Source: Dictyostelium discoideum
Taxonomy: Eukaryota
Direction of reading: 5' to 3'
Length of the DNA: 64,000 bases
Assembly: GCA_000004695.1 (NCBI GenBank)
Contig: CM000150.2
Location: forward strand, 2,400,001 to 2,464,000
How positions within the stretch are numbered: the stretch's first letter is position 1; every line of letters starts with the position of its first letter. Position numbers and translations under genes: made by a program. Below the pieces are notes generated by a model that ran no database searches, was not told where the DNA came from, and saw only the letters and a program-made list of their open reading frames with translations. Below, piece by piece: positions 33,894-47,180 of the stretch.

Positions 33894-34344
33894 ATTACTT
33901 CATATTTTATTTAATATTTGTCAGAAACAAACTCTATTGATTCATTTGAATATCTTTGGATGAGGATAATAATAGATTTTTTAAATTACTATTAAAAGTA
34001 TGAATTTGATCGAATTTATACTTCATAAAAATAAATATAATATGGTAGATTTGGATATTTAAATATATAAATGCAGATCATAGTATTTCTTGTACCAAAA
34101 AATTGAATAATATAGCCAGAGTTTTTTATTGAATAGCAAAATTAATAATAAAAGCATTTAAAGGATTTGTATAAAAAAATTTAAAATAGATAAATAAAAT
34201 AAAATAATAAAAAAAAAAATAGTTTAATTTAATTTATCAAAAAATGAATAAAACAACAATAATAATAATAATAAAGAAATAAAAATAAAGATAAAAATAA
34301 AAACTATTAATAGTTCTCTTTAAATGTGGTTTAAGATTTTTTTT

Positions 34345-34394
<50 letters not shown>

Positions 34395-34575
34395 AGCGTT
34401 ATGTTATGGTTTGACCAAATTTCATTTTTTTTGTTTTTTTTTTTTTTTTTTTTTTTTTTTTTGATTTTTTTTATTTTTTTATTTTTATTTTTAATATAAT
34501 AAAAATATGGATCAAACAAAATAAAATATTATCGTTATTATTTTTTTTTTTTTTTTTCAACAAATTTGTGTTTAG

Positions 34576-34608
<33 letters not shown>

Positions 34609-34614
34609 AAAAAT

Positions 34615-35023
34615 ATGAATCAACAACAGATTGTTAATGATCAAGTTTTAGACAATATATCTAGGTCACAAGATAAAAATGTTTTAAAAGATTTTTTAAA
34701 AAAGGGAGATTTATCAACCACTAAAAATAGTAGAAATCAAACATTACTTCATTTAATTGCAATGAATGATAATATGGTTGCATTGAAATTTTATTTAAAA
34801 AAAAAATATGTTGTTTTCAAAGGTACAAACATTGTTGTAGATCAAAGAGATAAAGATGGTTATACTCCATTACATTGTGCAGTTAATCAAGGTTCATTTG
34901 AAATTGCTAAAAAATTCCTTTCAAGAGGTTCTGATCCAAATGCAAGGACTGAATCTGGTTCAACACCATTACATTTATTATCAAAGTAATTATATAAAAT
35001 AGAATTAATCTAAAATAATTATA

Positions 35024-35117
<94 letters not shown>

Positions 35118-38100
35118 TTTTTTATTTTTTTTATAGATTTTGTCATTCAAATAAATCAATTAAATTAGCAAAGAAATTAATTGATTATGGGGCATATATA
35201 AACCATAAAGATAGTAAACAAGAGACACCATTACATAGAGCTACAATGTTAAATGATAATTATGATTATTTGAAATTATTATTACATCATGGTGCAAATC
35301 CAAATATTGTTAATAAAAGAGGTAGAACATGTCAACACATTTCAATTGAACAGGGTAAGGTTGATTTGTTGGAGTTATTTTTAATGTATGGTGCAGATTT
35401 TAATAAATCGACATCAATGTTACCATCACCAATTGAAATGGCTTATCAATCGGTATTTCCATCAATTAAACAATTCTTTTTAAATAGAGTTTCAACAAGA
35501 GGTGAGAATATTTTAATGATTGAAAAAGCTGTGTTTTTAGGTAAACCAATTTCAAATTTCGTTCAAAATGGTGACTCTTTCACAACTGGTACTTCAACTC
35601 AACTTTATACTGGTAAATTATATATTACAAATTATAGAATAGTTTTTAAAATTGATCAAATTCAAAATAATCAAATAGCTTCACCACAATCTTCAATTTC
35701 AACTCAAACAACATCATCATCAACATCATCACCATTAATTATAATACCATCAATAACTGTAAATAATAATCAACAACTACTACTATCACCATCACCATTA
35801 GCATCACCATCATTTAAACAACAACCACAATTACAATTAAATTCATCAACATTATCAACATCGTCAACAGGTTCTACATCATCAATGGCAACATTAGTAA
35901 ATACTTCCAATACTACCACACCTACCACCAATAATACAATAATTAATAATGATTTTCCATTGCTTGAAGATGAAGAGGAATCAATACCATTATTATCAAT
36001 TTTAAATTTAAGAACTGATGATGATAAGGATAATCAAACTGGTGATTTAGATTCTTCAAATAATAAGGAAAATATAATTGTACCAAATTCTGATCTTAAT
36101 TTTTCACATGAAAATATAGTTGATGATTGTCTAGTTAGCTCAACAATATCATCATCAAATGTACAAAATAATAATAATAACAATAATAATAGTAGTAGTA
36201 GTAGCGGTAGTAATAGTAATCATAATAGTATAACACAAAGTGCATCATCAATTTTAAATACAATAATTCATTTTAATAAAAATATTGGAGGAAGTTTATC
36301 AATTATATCTCACAATAATAATAATAATAATAGTCCAAATAGTAATAATCCAAATAATAATAATCTAAATAATAATAATAATAATCATTTATCAACACCA
36401 CCATTATCACCATCACAATCAAATTCATCATTTATTAACGATAATCAACAACAACAAAAACAAGATATAACAATGAATTATCAATTAATAAATATTGAAA
36501 CAAAAGATTTTAAACAATTTAAATTATATTTTTTATCATTATATGTTAGAGATAAAATTATGGAATTAATAAGTTATCATTATAAAGAGAAAATCGAAAG
36601 ATTAATTAAAGTTGAAAATCAAAATAAATCAATTCAAAAGAAAATAGCGGAAGAACATATTCAAATGCATGATGAATCTAGAATTCAACATATTGATCGT
36701 TATGAAAGTTATGGTGTTTTTGAGGAAAGTACACCATTTTTATTTGCATATCTTTATAAACCAATTTTTAATTTTTCATCATCACAATCACCATCACCAT
36801 CATTATCATCATCATCAAATTTATCAAATTCAGTAATAAGTAATAATAGTTTTAATAATAATCAAAATAATCAAAATAATCAAAATAATAATAATAATTT
36901 TATAAATGGTTGGGAAATTTATAATCAAAAGAAAGAATATTTAAGATTTAATATTAACATTGATGAAAATAATAATAGTAATTGTTATTGGAGAGTGACA
37001 TCAATTAATAAAGAATATAAAATGTGTTCAAGTTATTCAAGTAGTTTAGTTGTTTTATCAAAAACATTGGATAAAGATTTAGAAAAGATATTTTCATTTC
37101 GTAGTAAAGGTCGTATACCATCATTATCATGGAAAGATCCAAATTCAAATGCATCCATTAGTAGATGTAGTCAACCATTGGTTGGTATTGAGAGGTCACG
37201 TTGTCCAGAGGATGAATTATATTGTAGTAATTTAGCATTAAGTGCACCATCTAAAACATTATATCTAATTGATGCTAGACCCAAATTGAATGCCTATGCA
37301 AATACTGCAAACGGTGCTGGCTTTGAAAATATTCATAATTATCCAAATTGTAAATTGGTTTTTATGAATATTCCAAATATACATGTAATTAGAAAAAGTT
37401 TAGAGAAATTAACATCATCAATGAGATCTTCAACTCGTGATAAAGATCATACTGAAAGCACCGATATGAGATGGTGGGGTTGCATTGAAGAAACCGGTTG
37501 GATATCACATATTAAATCAATTTTGGAAGCTGCTACATTCTCTGCCGATTTAATTTTAAAAGGTAATAGTATACTAGTTCATTGTAGTGATGGTTGGGAT
37601 AGAACTCCACAAATTACTTCATTAACTCAAATTCTATTGGACCCCTATTATCGTACTATTGTTGGTTTTCAAGTATTAATAGAGAAGGAGTGGCTTAGTT
37701 TTGGTCATAAATTCTCTTTACGTCTTGGTCATTTACCTGGTAATGAAGAAGAGAGATCTCCAATTTTTCAACAATTTTTAGATTGTTGTTTTCAATTGTG
37801 TAGTCAATTCCCTTTACTTTTCGAATTCACACCAACATTGCTACTCTTTATATCAGATAATATTCATAGTTGTAAATATGGTACTTTCTTAAATAATTGT
37901 GAAAAAGATAGAGTTCAAGATCAAGTTAAATTTAAAACTACTTCAATTTGGTCTGAAGTTCATTTTAATATTCATAAATTTTTAAATCCTTATTATAATC
38001 CTCAAGATATTCAATCAATTAAACCAAAATTATATTCACGTTGTTTAGAACTTTGGAAAGCTTGTTATATGAGAGTTGAATCAAAAGATTTTTGGATGCA

Positions 38101-38410
38101 TAGTAATTGGTTATTACATAATTCAACTTTTAATTTTCAAAATAATCAAAATAATCAAAATAATAATAATACTAAAAATAATTTAAGTAAATTATTTTTA
38201 CAAAATCAACATCAACATAAAAATCAACAACAACAAAATAGTGATAGTACTAGAGCATCAATTTCATCAATTTCTTCAAGTAATAGTTATAATAATGATA
38301 CTACACCTGCTCATTGGATACCGCAAAATAAACATTCCCAAACTCAACATTCACCAATACTAGCATCTCATAGACCTACTTCAATTATTAATGATTTAAA
38401 AGATATTTAA
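34615..38410 (+). CDS. Ankyrin-repeat / GRAM-domain / myotubularin-family phosphoinositide 3-phosphatase with a long low-complexity linker. Two exons: join(34615..34985,35137..38410).
   Basis: Ankyrin repeats (..DKDGYTPLHCAVNQGSFEIAKKFLSRGSDPNARTESGSTPLHLLSK | FCHSNKSIKLAKKLIDYGAYINHKDSKQETPLHRA..). GRAM-like region GENILMIEKAVFLGK...LYTGKLYITNYRIVFK. Phosphatase active site VHCSDGWDRTPQITS (CX5R intact). The intron is (AAT)n-rich, donor aa|gtaatt, acceptor ttatag, phase 2. Confidence 0.75.
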
Positions 38411-38500
38411 AAAATAAAATAATAAAATAAAAAAAAAAAAAAAAAAAAAGTAATACTTAAATATTAAAAGTAAAAAATTTAATTTTTATTTTATTTCAAT

Positions 38501-39236
38501 TCATTTTTTAATTGAAAGAAAAGATTTAAAAATAATTTCAATTGCATGAGCACCAGGATCCATAATATGTGAAGTTCTTTCACCCAAATAAGATGAACGA
38601 CCTTTTTTTGCAATCATTTCAATTGTACTTTCAGAACCTAATTGAGCCTCTTTTGAAGCAAGTTTTAAAGTATTTAATAAATCAAACGATGATGAAGAGT
38701 TTTCATTATCTTTACAACATTGATTAATTTTATTAATTGCTGGTATTAATGAATCTAACATTGTACAATCACCAATATCAGCTTTACCTAATTCTTTAAT
38801 TGCATTAACTGCATCAATTAATGATAAACCCCAATCATTGGTTGAAATTTGGTTTTTTCCATTTACTGTTGATCTTTCATATAAACTATTTGAAAGTCTA
38901 AGGAAAAAGATTGAATAAAAAAGTCCACTTGATCCACCAATTAATTCTTGAATAATTAATGATATTTTTCTAAATGTATAACATGGTTTATCAAATGGAA
39001 TTGTATCAATGGATTTTTTAATTGATTTCGATAAATTCTCTAATGTTGTACCTAAATCACCATCACCAACTTGTTTATCTAAATCTGTTAATTTATTTGA
39101 ATTCTCAATTAATGAATTACATCCCAATAATACAATTTCTTTTAATATTTCTCCATTTTCTTTTGAAATTGTTATTGATTTTAAATTATCATCTTAAAAA
39201 AAAAAAAAAAATTATTAATAATTATTATTTGTTTGG

Positions 39237-39286
<50 letters not shown>

Positions 39287-39749
39287 AAAAAAAGACTTTA
39301 CATTTAATTTCATGTGAATCATTTTCATCTAAAGTTAAAATTGAATCTTCTTTATTTTTATATGGTTTTAAAACACTATTTGGCCAACCCATTGCATTTG
39401 TTTTAAGATCAATTCTAAATTATTTTAAATATAAAATATTAATAGTCAGGTATATTATATATTTATAAAAAGAGTATAGAATATATTTAGATGTATTATA
39501 TATATACAAACAAATTAATTATTTGATTATTTTTAATTAATAATAAAGATATACTAATTCCAGCCATTTCTAATGATGTCATTAAAGTTCCAGTAATTAA
39601 TCTTTCAACAGTAAAACCTTTTTCATGTAAATAATTTAAACAATCATTTGTAGCAATTGCCATTTCCATATTAGTGGTACTACCTAAATTATTAATTAAT
39701 ACAATTAATGATTTGTCTTCACCATCACTACCACAAGAAATGCCACAAC

Positions 39750-39819
<70 letters not shown>

Positions 39820-40458
39820 TGAATAGGGTAAAATTTTAAGTAAATTATCAATTAATGATTTAATAATTTGTTTTGAAGGTTTTAATTCAACTTTTTCAAT
39901 ACCAAATTCACCATGAATACCTAAACCAATTTCCATTTCTTTTTCATTTAATGTGAATGATGGTGAACCAACTGATGGAATGATACAAGATGATAGACCA
40001 ACACCCATAGTTACTAAATTTAATGATTTGGATGGTGATATATATTTATTATAAAATTTTAAAATTTCATCAATTGATTTACCTTGTTCAGCTAAACCTC
40101 CTAAAATTTTATGAACTAAAACTGTACCTGCAATACCTCTTCTATTTGTAATTGATTTATATTTATCTCTAATATCTTGGATATTATCATTATTATCATT
40201 TGAAAATTCATTTAATTTCATAAGAATTGAAGAAATATCGTCATCAACGGTTATAATTTCAACTCTAATATCTGGTAGTTGACTTTTACACATTTCCCTT
40301 GCAATACTAAATGAACCATTATCACCCATATAGTTTTTTACAATTAATATACAACCCATTTTACCTGCAACTGATTTAATAGCCATAAAAATTTGTTTTG
40401 CACTTGGTGATGCAAATACATCACCACAAACTGCACCTATTTTTATTTTTGTTTGTTT

Positions 40459-40495
<37 letters not shown>

Positions 40496-40838
40496 GATAA
40501 GTGAAATGAATACATTACATAAAATAAATTATAAAAATGTATACAAACCTGTTAACATAGCATTTCCAATATATCCAATATGTGCTGGTTCATGTCCACT
40601 TCCACCTCCCGAAATAAGTGTTACTCTATCTTTTCTGTATTATTTATTTTTAAAGATTAATGAATGAATGAAAAAAAAATAAAAAAAAAAAAAAAAATTA
40701 TATTTACATTTGTGAATAGTCAGATCTTACTACTACATTAAAATTTCCTTTAAGTTTTAATAAATCTCTTGATGATTGAGTAAAACCATCAATCATCTCA
40801 GAGACTACATTTTGTGGATTGTTAATAATTTTTTTCAT
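38501..40838 (-). CDS. Dihydroxyacetone kinase / triokinase (Dak1 + Dak2 domains). Five exons: complement(join(38501..39192,39302..39414,39512..40436,40549..40634,40708..40838)).
   Basis: Exon 1 [19 protein letters not shown]...; exon 2 [28 protein letters not shown] (the DhaK GGGSGHEP motif); exon 3 [12 protein letters not shown]...[21 protein letters not shown]; exon 4 linker; exon 5 ...[17 protein letters not shown]... (the DhaL DxxxGDGD motif). Every donor is GT and every acceptor is AG, and the phases are consistent. The coordinates were derived by hand. Confidence 0.7.
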
Positions 40839-41697
40839 TTTTTTTTTTTTTTATTAGGTGTCAAACCAGTTTGGAGTTGGCCAAATTAAATCAAAATATT
40901 TTTTTTTTTTTTTTTTTTTAGGTTTTGTTTTTTAAAAAAAAAAAAAAATTAAGGTGAAAATATTTTGTGGGCTAAAAGAGAATAATATTTTATTTTATTT
41001 TTTTTTTTTTTTACCAAAAGCACAAAACCTTTTTTTAAAATAATTTACACTTAATATTTTTTGACTTTTGCTGGTGTATCAAATTATTTTTATTTTTGAC
41101 TATTAATGTTCGTCGAAAAAATAATTATAGTAATAATAAATAAGAATTAAATTAATAATAAAAAATATAATATTATAAAAAAACATTTTGTTACTAATAA
41201 TAGTAATAATAAAAATAATAATAATAAAAATAAAAATGACAATATAACAAAAAAAAAAAAAAATAAAACCTAAAACCATTTTTTTATTTTTTTTTTTTAA
41301 TTTCACCTGTAATATTTTATTCTTTGATCCAAAAGTAGTTTAGGGTTTTAATAAATTAAATTAATCTCCTTTTTTTTTAAATAAAAAATATATAAAAAAA
41401 TAAAAATAAAAGGAATCTGATTAATTAATTTTACTTTTTTTTCTTTTATTTTTTTTTTTATTTTTTTTTTTTTCAATAATAATAAAAATAATAAAAAAAA
41501 TAATAAAATTAGATCGTTTCATTAAAAAAGATTCTATTTTAAGAACATCTGGAAACTGCGAATCATTTTTCTTTTTTTATTATTTTTTTTTTTAAACAAT
41601 AAAAATATAAGAATTTTTAGTGGTCTAAAATTCTAAAAAACCAGGTTTTATCTGTTTTTTTTCTCATTTTCCAATTTTTTATTATTTTTTTTTTTTA

Positions 41698-41740
<43 letters not shown>

Positions 41741-41756
41741 ACATAAATACACAAAC

Positions 41757-41791
<35 letters not shown>

Positions 41792-42106
41792 CAAATAAAA
41801 AAAAAAAAAAAAAAAACAAATATTTTTTCTATCATAATTTTTTTAAATGAATCATCTGATACCGCAGTTTAATAGTAAAAATAATAATATATTAATAATT
41901 CCAACAAATATTATTGATACTTCATTTTCTGTTGGTTAAAATAGTACAATTAATAAATAACTTATTCAAATAAATATTTTTTTTTTTTTAAAAAAAAAAA
42001 AAAAACATTAAACAACAAGAGCTATCAAAATATAAAAACAAAAATAAAAAATAAAAAAAAAAAATAAAAATAAAAGTACCAGATATATTAAAAAATCAAT
42101 TTGTAA

Positions 42107-42198
<92 letters not shown>

Positions 42199-42245
42199 TA
42201 TAAAAAAACAAGCATTCTATTAAATTAATTTCAAAAATTTTAAAA

Positions 42246-42509
42246 ATGTCATCATCATCATCATCATCATTTGGAGAAAATATTAATAATCCATCTCATC
42301 ACCGTCATCACCGTCACCATCACTCGTCAACAAAGAGAAGAAGTGCATCATATTCTTGTTTTAGTTGCCACAAAGACTCAATTCCAATTTTATCTCGTGA
42401 AAGATACTTTAGCACTCAACATTTTTGTTCATTTGGATGTTTTGAAAAATCAAATCAATCTGAAAATTCAACACCTTCTTACAGGTTTAATCCTATTATT
42501 CAAGTTTAA
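42246..42509 (+). CDS. Small His/Ser-rich protein (87 aa) with a candidate FCS-type zinc finger
   Basis: ...YSCFSCHKDSIPILSRERYFSTQHFCSFGCFEK, i.e. C-x2-C...H-FCS-x2-C, which resembles MYM/FCS fingers. Short ORF in an AT-rich intergenic region, so it could be spurious. Confidence 0.35.
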   Translation: MSSSSSSSFGENINNPSHHRHHRHHHSSTKRRSASYSCFSCHKDSIPILSRERYFSTQHFCSFGCFEKSNQSENSTPSYRFNPIIQV

Positions 42510-42605
42510 AATTTAAAATTTTTTTTTTTTTTTTTATAAAAAAAAGTTACATATAAAAATAAAAAAGATACATATAAAAAAAAAATAAAATAAGTTTTAT
42601 TTATT

Positions 42606-43928
42606 TTATTCTAATTTTTTTTGTTTTTTTGATAATCTTTCTTCATTTTCATCACCTTTGATTTCTTTTTCTTCACCAAAATTTCTTTTTTGATTTTTTT
42701 CATTATTATTTTGATTATTATTTTCATTATTATTTTGAATATTATTATTTTCATTATTATTTTGAATATTATTATTTTTAGTATCATCACTATTATTTTC
42801 ATTATTATTATTATTATTATTATTTTGATTATTATTTTGATTATAATTATTTTCAAAGTTTTTAGGAATATTTAAATAATATTGTAAATATTGATCGTTA
42901 ATGATATTGATTGAATCGGATTCAACTAAAGAGATAATTGGATAATTAAAAGATAGTGTATAGGATTTACCAGAACAAGTGTTATTTTTAATAAATTCTA
43001 AAATTTCATTTCCATAGATTAACATTTCATCTTTATTCCAATTTATAGCTTGATTTGGTAGATCATGAGTATTAAAGTTTAAACATTTTTTTAAAAAGAA
43101 ATCATCATTTCTAATACCTAAAAAAATCTTTGAAACACCTGCAATATATGCTTGAAACCAAATTCTAATTAATTTTTTTGATCTAAATTGATAATTTGCT
43201 TTACTATCTTCAATATCTCTTGAAGTTTTTAATTCTACATAATCATCAATATTATAATTTTCATCATCATCATCATTATTATTATTTTCATTATTATTAT
43301 TATTTTGATTATTATTATTATTTTGAATTGATTTTTTCCAACAATCAATTTCACATGCTAAAATAAAATTATTATTAAATAATTTTGATTGAATGATTGA
43401 ACAATATTTATGTTTATTATCATTTGGATTGTTATTATTATCAATTGTTGAAATCTTTTCAAAATAATTACCAGAATACATTGATTTTAAATGAAAATTT
43501 TTAAGTTGATGAAAATCTTGCGTTGGATTATCCATACCTAAATGAATTGTTGAATTGATTCTTTGAACTTGTATATTCCATTTTTCACTATCATACATTG
43601 ATTCGAATAACTTTCTAAATGAATTTCTAAAAGAGATGAAATTAGATTTGCTGACATCATGTTTTGTTTCAATTAATTTATTCAATACTAATGAAAGTGG
43701 TGTTTGAGAATCTGATTCAATACTATCTGGACCTTGAAATCCAACTAATAAATCACTATCAATAGTTGGGTTTTTAAATTTTTTTAATTTAGCTGGGAAT
43801 AATTGATTTCCTTCATATGAAAATCTTGTAATTTCTAATGGTTTTGTAATTGTTATTGGTGATTTATTAAAGCTTCTTTGTTTTTTAATAAAATTAATTA
43901 ATCCTATTACATTTAAAGTTTGTTTCAT
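42606..43928 (-). CDS. Rai1/Dom3Z (DXO) family decapping exoribonuclease-like protein (440 aa) with N-rich inserts
   Basis: By memory of the family: ...FILACEIDCWKK..., ...KLIRIWFQAYIAGVSKIFLGIRNDDFFLKKCLNFNTHDLP resembles the conserved Rai1 block (..W.QS.L.GVP.I..GFRD..G.L). Single exon. Not checked by alignment. Confidence 0.45.
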   Translation of the reverse strand: MKQTLNVIGLINFIKKQRSFNKSPITITKPLEITRFSYEGNQLFPAKLKKFKNPTIDSDLLVGFQGPDSIESDSQTPLSLVLNKLIETKHDVSKSNFISFRNSFRKLFESMYDSEKWNIQVQRINSTIHLGMDNPTQDFHQLKNFHLKSMYSGNYFEKISTIDNNNNPNDNKHKYCSIIQSKLFNNNFILACEIDCWKKSIQNNNNNQNNNNNENNNNDDDDENYNIDDYVELKTSRDIEDSKANYQFRSKKLIRIWFQAYIAGVSKIFLGIRNDDFFLKKCLNFNTHDLPNQAINWNKDEMLIYGNEILEFIKNNTCSGKSYTLSFNYPIISLVESDSINIINDQYLQYYLNIPKNFENNYNQNNNQNNNNNNNNENNSDDTKNNNIQNNNENNNIQNNNENNNQNNNEKNQKRNFGEEKEIKGDENEERLSKKQKKLE

Positions 43929-44311
43929 TTTGTTTTTTTTTTTTTTTTTTATATGAAACTATTGAATTATAAAAAATAAAAAAAAAATAAAAAAAAACAA
44001 AACCAAAAGAAATTCAAATGCGCAACCAAAAGTAAAATTAAAAGGTAAAAAAAAAAAAAATTCACAAACTCTTTAAGGGGAGACCAAGAGAAAAAAAAAA
44101 GAGATGATCAATAAATTAGGAAAATAAAATAAAAATTTATTTAATAAAAATAAAAAAAAAAAAAAAACGGTGTGCTTTTTTTAAAATTTATTAATTTTTT
44201 ATTTTTGTAACAAATGCGTAATGATAAAAATAGAATTTTTTTTTTTTTTTTTTTAATAATTAATTATTAATTAAATAATAATTTTTAATTTGTAATCTTT
44301 TTTTTTTTATT

Positions 44312-45271
44312 TTAAACTCTAATAGCAGAAGATGATTGAACTACATTTGGTTTTGTTGTTTCAATTTCAAAGCTTTCAGAATCATCAATAGATTTATCGT
44401 TTTCATCTTTTTTAGAGATTTGATCATTTGATGATAAGCCTAATAGATTAGAAACGTAAGCTTTTGGTGATTGCCAAAAACTTGTTGATCTATTTAATGA
44501 TTGTTGTTGTTGTTGTTGATTTGCTGAAACTATATTTACAGTTGTAGATGGCTGTGGTGAATTTGAAGATTCAAATAAAGTTGAAGCTTCTCTTGGTAAT
44601 GGATACTTTGAAATTGGAATAAAAGTATTTGGAGCATCGGCAGTTGATAAAATACCAGCATCAACAGTTGAAGAAGATTGTGAAAGTTTATCGACTAAAG
44701 AACCTTTAGCGGTGGGTGTAGTGGTGGTTGAATTTGGTTCACTGGCAGAGGAGTATTGTTGTTGTTGTTGTCTAATTGTATTGAATTGGGGATAGATAAT
44801 TTGTGTGGGTGGTGATAGACCACTATTTATCTGTTGGAGTGTGAAAGTTTCAATCACCTTCTCCATTTGTTTAATCTTTTCATCACGTTCAAAAATACCA
44901 CGTTCCATCACTCTCATTTGGTCCATTAACGCCTTCATTTTCAATTCATTGGTTTGATTACTTTCTGATGTACCCATTTGCTGAAAATAAGTTGTATCTT
45001 GATTTGGGTCCCATTGTAATTGTAATAATAGATCTTCTCTCTCTGTTAATAATTTACGATTAAATTCAATCTCTTTTAATTTATCTTTATAACGTTCTTC
45101 TAATTTATTATGATCCTCTTGTAATTCAAAATATTCTTCTCTTATATCTCTAATAGTATCAATTAATTCTTCTTTACTAAGATGATAAATTCCTAAAAAT
45201 TCATCTTCTTCATCAATAATAATTTCTTCTTCATCTTTTTTATTATTATTATTATTATTATCTTTTGTCAT
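44312..45271 (-). CDS. Coiled-coil protein (319 aa), function unknown
   Basis: Single ORF. Heptad-like K/E-rich region (..EEYFELQEDHNKLEERYKDKLKEIEFNRKLLTEREDLLLQ..) and a Q/S/T-rich tail. Confidence 0.5.
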   Translation of the reverse strand: MTKDNNNNNNKKDEEEIIIDEEDEFLGIYHLSKEELIDTIRDIREEYFELQEDHNKLEERYKDKLKEIEFNRKLLTEREDLLLQLQWDPNQDTTYFQQMGTSESNQTNELKMKALMDQMRVMERGIFERDEKIKQMEKVIETFTLQQINSGLSPPTQIIYPQFNTIRQQQQQYSSASEPNSTTTTPTAKGSLVDKLSQSSSTVDAGILSTADAPNTFIPISKYPLPREASTLFESSNSPQPSTTVNIVSANQQQQQQSLNRSTSFWQSPKAYVSNLLGLSSNDQISKKDENDKSIDDSESFEIETTKPNVVQSSSAIRV

Positions 45272-45905
45272 TTTTTTTTTTTTTTTTTTTTTTTTTAATG
45301 GGTAAAGATTATTTTTATTTTTTAAAAATTGTTTTGATTATTTTTTTTTTTTTTTTATAGTATTTAGTGAATGGTTTAATTTAATATGTAATTATTATAT
45401 AAATGTGTATTTATAAATGATAGAAAAATAAAATATAAAAATGTTTTAAAAAAAAAAAAAAATTAAAAATAAATAAAAAAAAAAAAATAAATAAAAAAAA
45501 AGTAACTTATTTAATTTGGTAATTATTAAAATAAATAAAAAAAAAAAAAAAACAATAAAAATAATTAAAAAATTATATCAATTTTGAAAAATAAATAATA
45601 TATATTAAAAACACCACAAACACAATTTTGTGTGGGGGGAGGGGGTAAATTGAAATTATTATTCTAATTATTGCTACCGATGTGAGCGAAAAAAATTTTA
45701 AAACACAACTATGTGTGTCATAAAAAAAATAATAAAATAAAATAAAAAAAAAAATAAAAAAAAATAAAATTAAAAATAACCCTTTTTTGGATATTAAAAA
45801 AATAAAAAATAAAAATACCCCTTTTTTTTGGATATTAAAAAAATAAAACAAAAATAATAAAATTTTTTTGAAAAATAACTATATATATATCAAAAATAAT
45901 TGATT

Positions 45906-46880
45906 TTATTGATTAGGATTTGAAGGTTCAGTTTCATTTGTAATTGGATTAGTTGTAGTAGGATTTTGTTGATTTGATTGATCAGGGAAAGAAGTTGTTG
46001 ATAAAGTTGATGAGGTTATTGAATCAGTGATTGAATTTGTATTATTTGTATTATTTGAATCGGTGGTTGTTGTTGTTTCACCAGAACCATCAATAATTGG
46101 ATTTAAATTATCTTTATTTTCATTGTTACTATCAATTACTTCCAAGATGAAATTATGATTTGTATAGATACAGATATCAGCTGCAATTTTCATTGATCTT
46201 CTTGCGATTTCTTCAGGATCTAAATCTGGTACGGTTAGGAGGGCACGAGCAGCAGATAATGCAAAATCACCACCACTACCAATTGCGAGGATACCATCGT
46301 TTGGTTCTAAAACGTCACCATTACCATCGATATTTAATGTGATATCTTTATCGGCTACGATTAATGATGCTTCCAATCTTCTATAGTATTTATCAGTTCT
46401 CCATTGTTGTGCTAATTCAACACAACTCTTTAAGAGTAAACCACGATGTTCTGTTAATTTTCTTTCTAATAATTCAAAGAGTGTAAATGCATCTGCAACT
46501 GATCCTGCAAAACCTGCAATGATTTTACCATCTGATAACTTTCTAATCTTTTTTGCATTTGGTTTGACAATCGAGTGACCAAGTGTAACTTGACCATCAC
46601 CAATAATAACAACTTTACCATTTCTTCTAACTGATAAAATTGTAGTTGCTTTCATTCTATATGGATCAGAATGCATTGATCCTGCACCTGCACCAAGACC
46701 CCAATATTGTGGTGGTGGAAGTGGTGCTCCACCTGTATAATATCCACTTGTACCCGAACTTAATTTACTACTTTCAACTACAACATTACTTATATTACTA
46801 TTTCCTAAATTACCAATTATTGGACTTTTTTGTAATGATGGTATTAAATATTTACTTGATAATTTTGAAAAATTAAACAT
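45906..46880 (-). CDS. hslV: HslV (ClpQ) ATP-dependent protease proteolytic subunit, mitochondrial-type, with an N-terminal presequence and a C-terminal T/N-rich extension
   Basis: ...[10 protein letters not shown]|[62 protein letters not shown]...[18 protein letters not shown]...[13 protein letters not shown]. Very close to bacterial HslV (TTIVSVRRNG..VIAGDGQ.TLG...). The catalytic Thr follows a ~75-aa presequence. Confidence 0.85.
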   Translation of the reverse strand: MFNFSKLSSKYLIPSLQKSPIIGNLGNSNISNVVVESSKLSSGTSGYYTGGAPLPPPQYWGLGAGAGSMHSDPYRMKATTILSVRRNGKVVIIGDGQVTLGHSIVKPNAKKIRKLSDGKIIAGFAGSVADAFTLFELLERKLTEHRGLLLKSCVELAQQWRTDKYYRRLEASLIVADKDITLNIDGNGDVLEPNDGILAIGSGGDFALSAARALLTVPDLDPEEIARRSMKIAADICIYTNHNFILEVIDSNNENKDNLNPIIDGSGETTTTTDSNNTNNTNSITDSITSSTLSTTSFPDQSNQQNPTTTNPITNETEPSNPNQ

Positions 46881-47180
46881 TTTTAAAATATGTTTATATT
46901 TGTAAAAAAAAAAATAAAAGAAAATGAAAATGAAAAAAAAAAAAAAAAAAAAAAAAAAATAAAATTTTCAAAAAAGTTTTTTTTTTAATTTAATTTATTT
47001 TATTTTGTTGCAGATTTCAATTATTTAAACAGTCCAAAATGTATATAAACTTTATTTTTTACCCAAAATGGTCAGATATATATTTTCAAGAAAATAGTAA
47101 ATTATCAATTTTTAAACTTTTAATTTTTGACTAATATTATTATTTATTTGATTTTTTTAAATTATTTTCAATTTCTTTAA

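Noticed and set aside
35026-35112. Track ORF 34907-35146 (poly-I) over an (AAT)n repeat
   Set aside because: It lies in the intron of the ankyrin-myotubularin gene. A pure microsatellite translation.
39022-39468. Plus-strand ORFs in the DAK locus
   Set aside because: Antisense to DAK exons and introns. Poly-K and hydrophobic low complexity.
41103-42211. 67-aa ORFs (poly-I/F and poly-Y)
   Set aside because: Translations of A/T homopolymers and an (AAT)n microsatellite in an intergenic spacer.
45573-45851. 92-aa minus-strand ORF
   Set aside because: AT-rich spacer downstream of the coiled-coil gene. Phe/Ile-rich with no start context.
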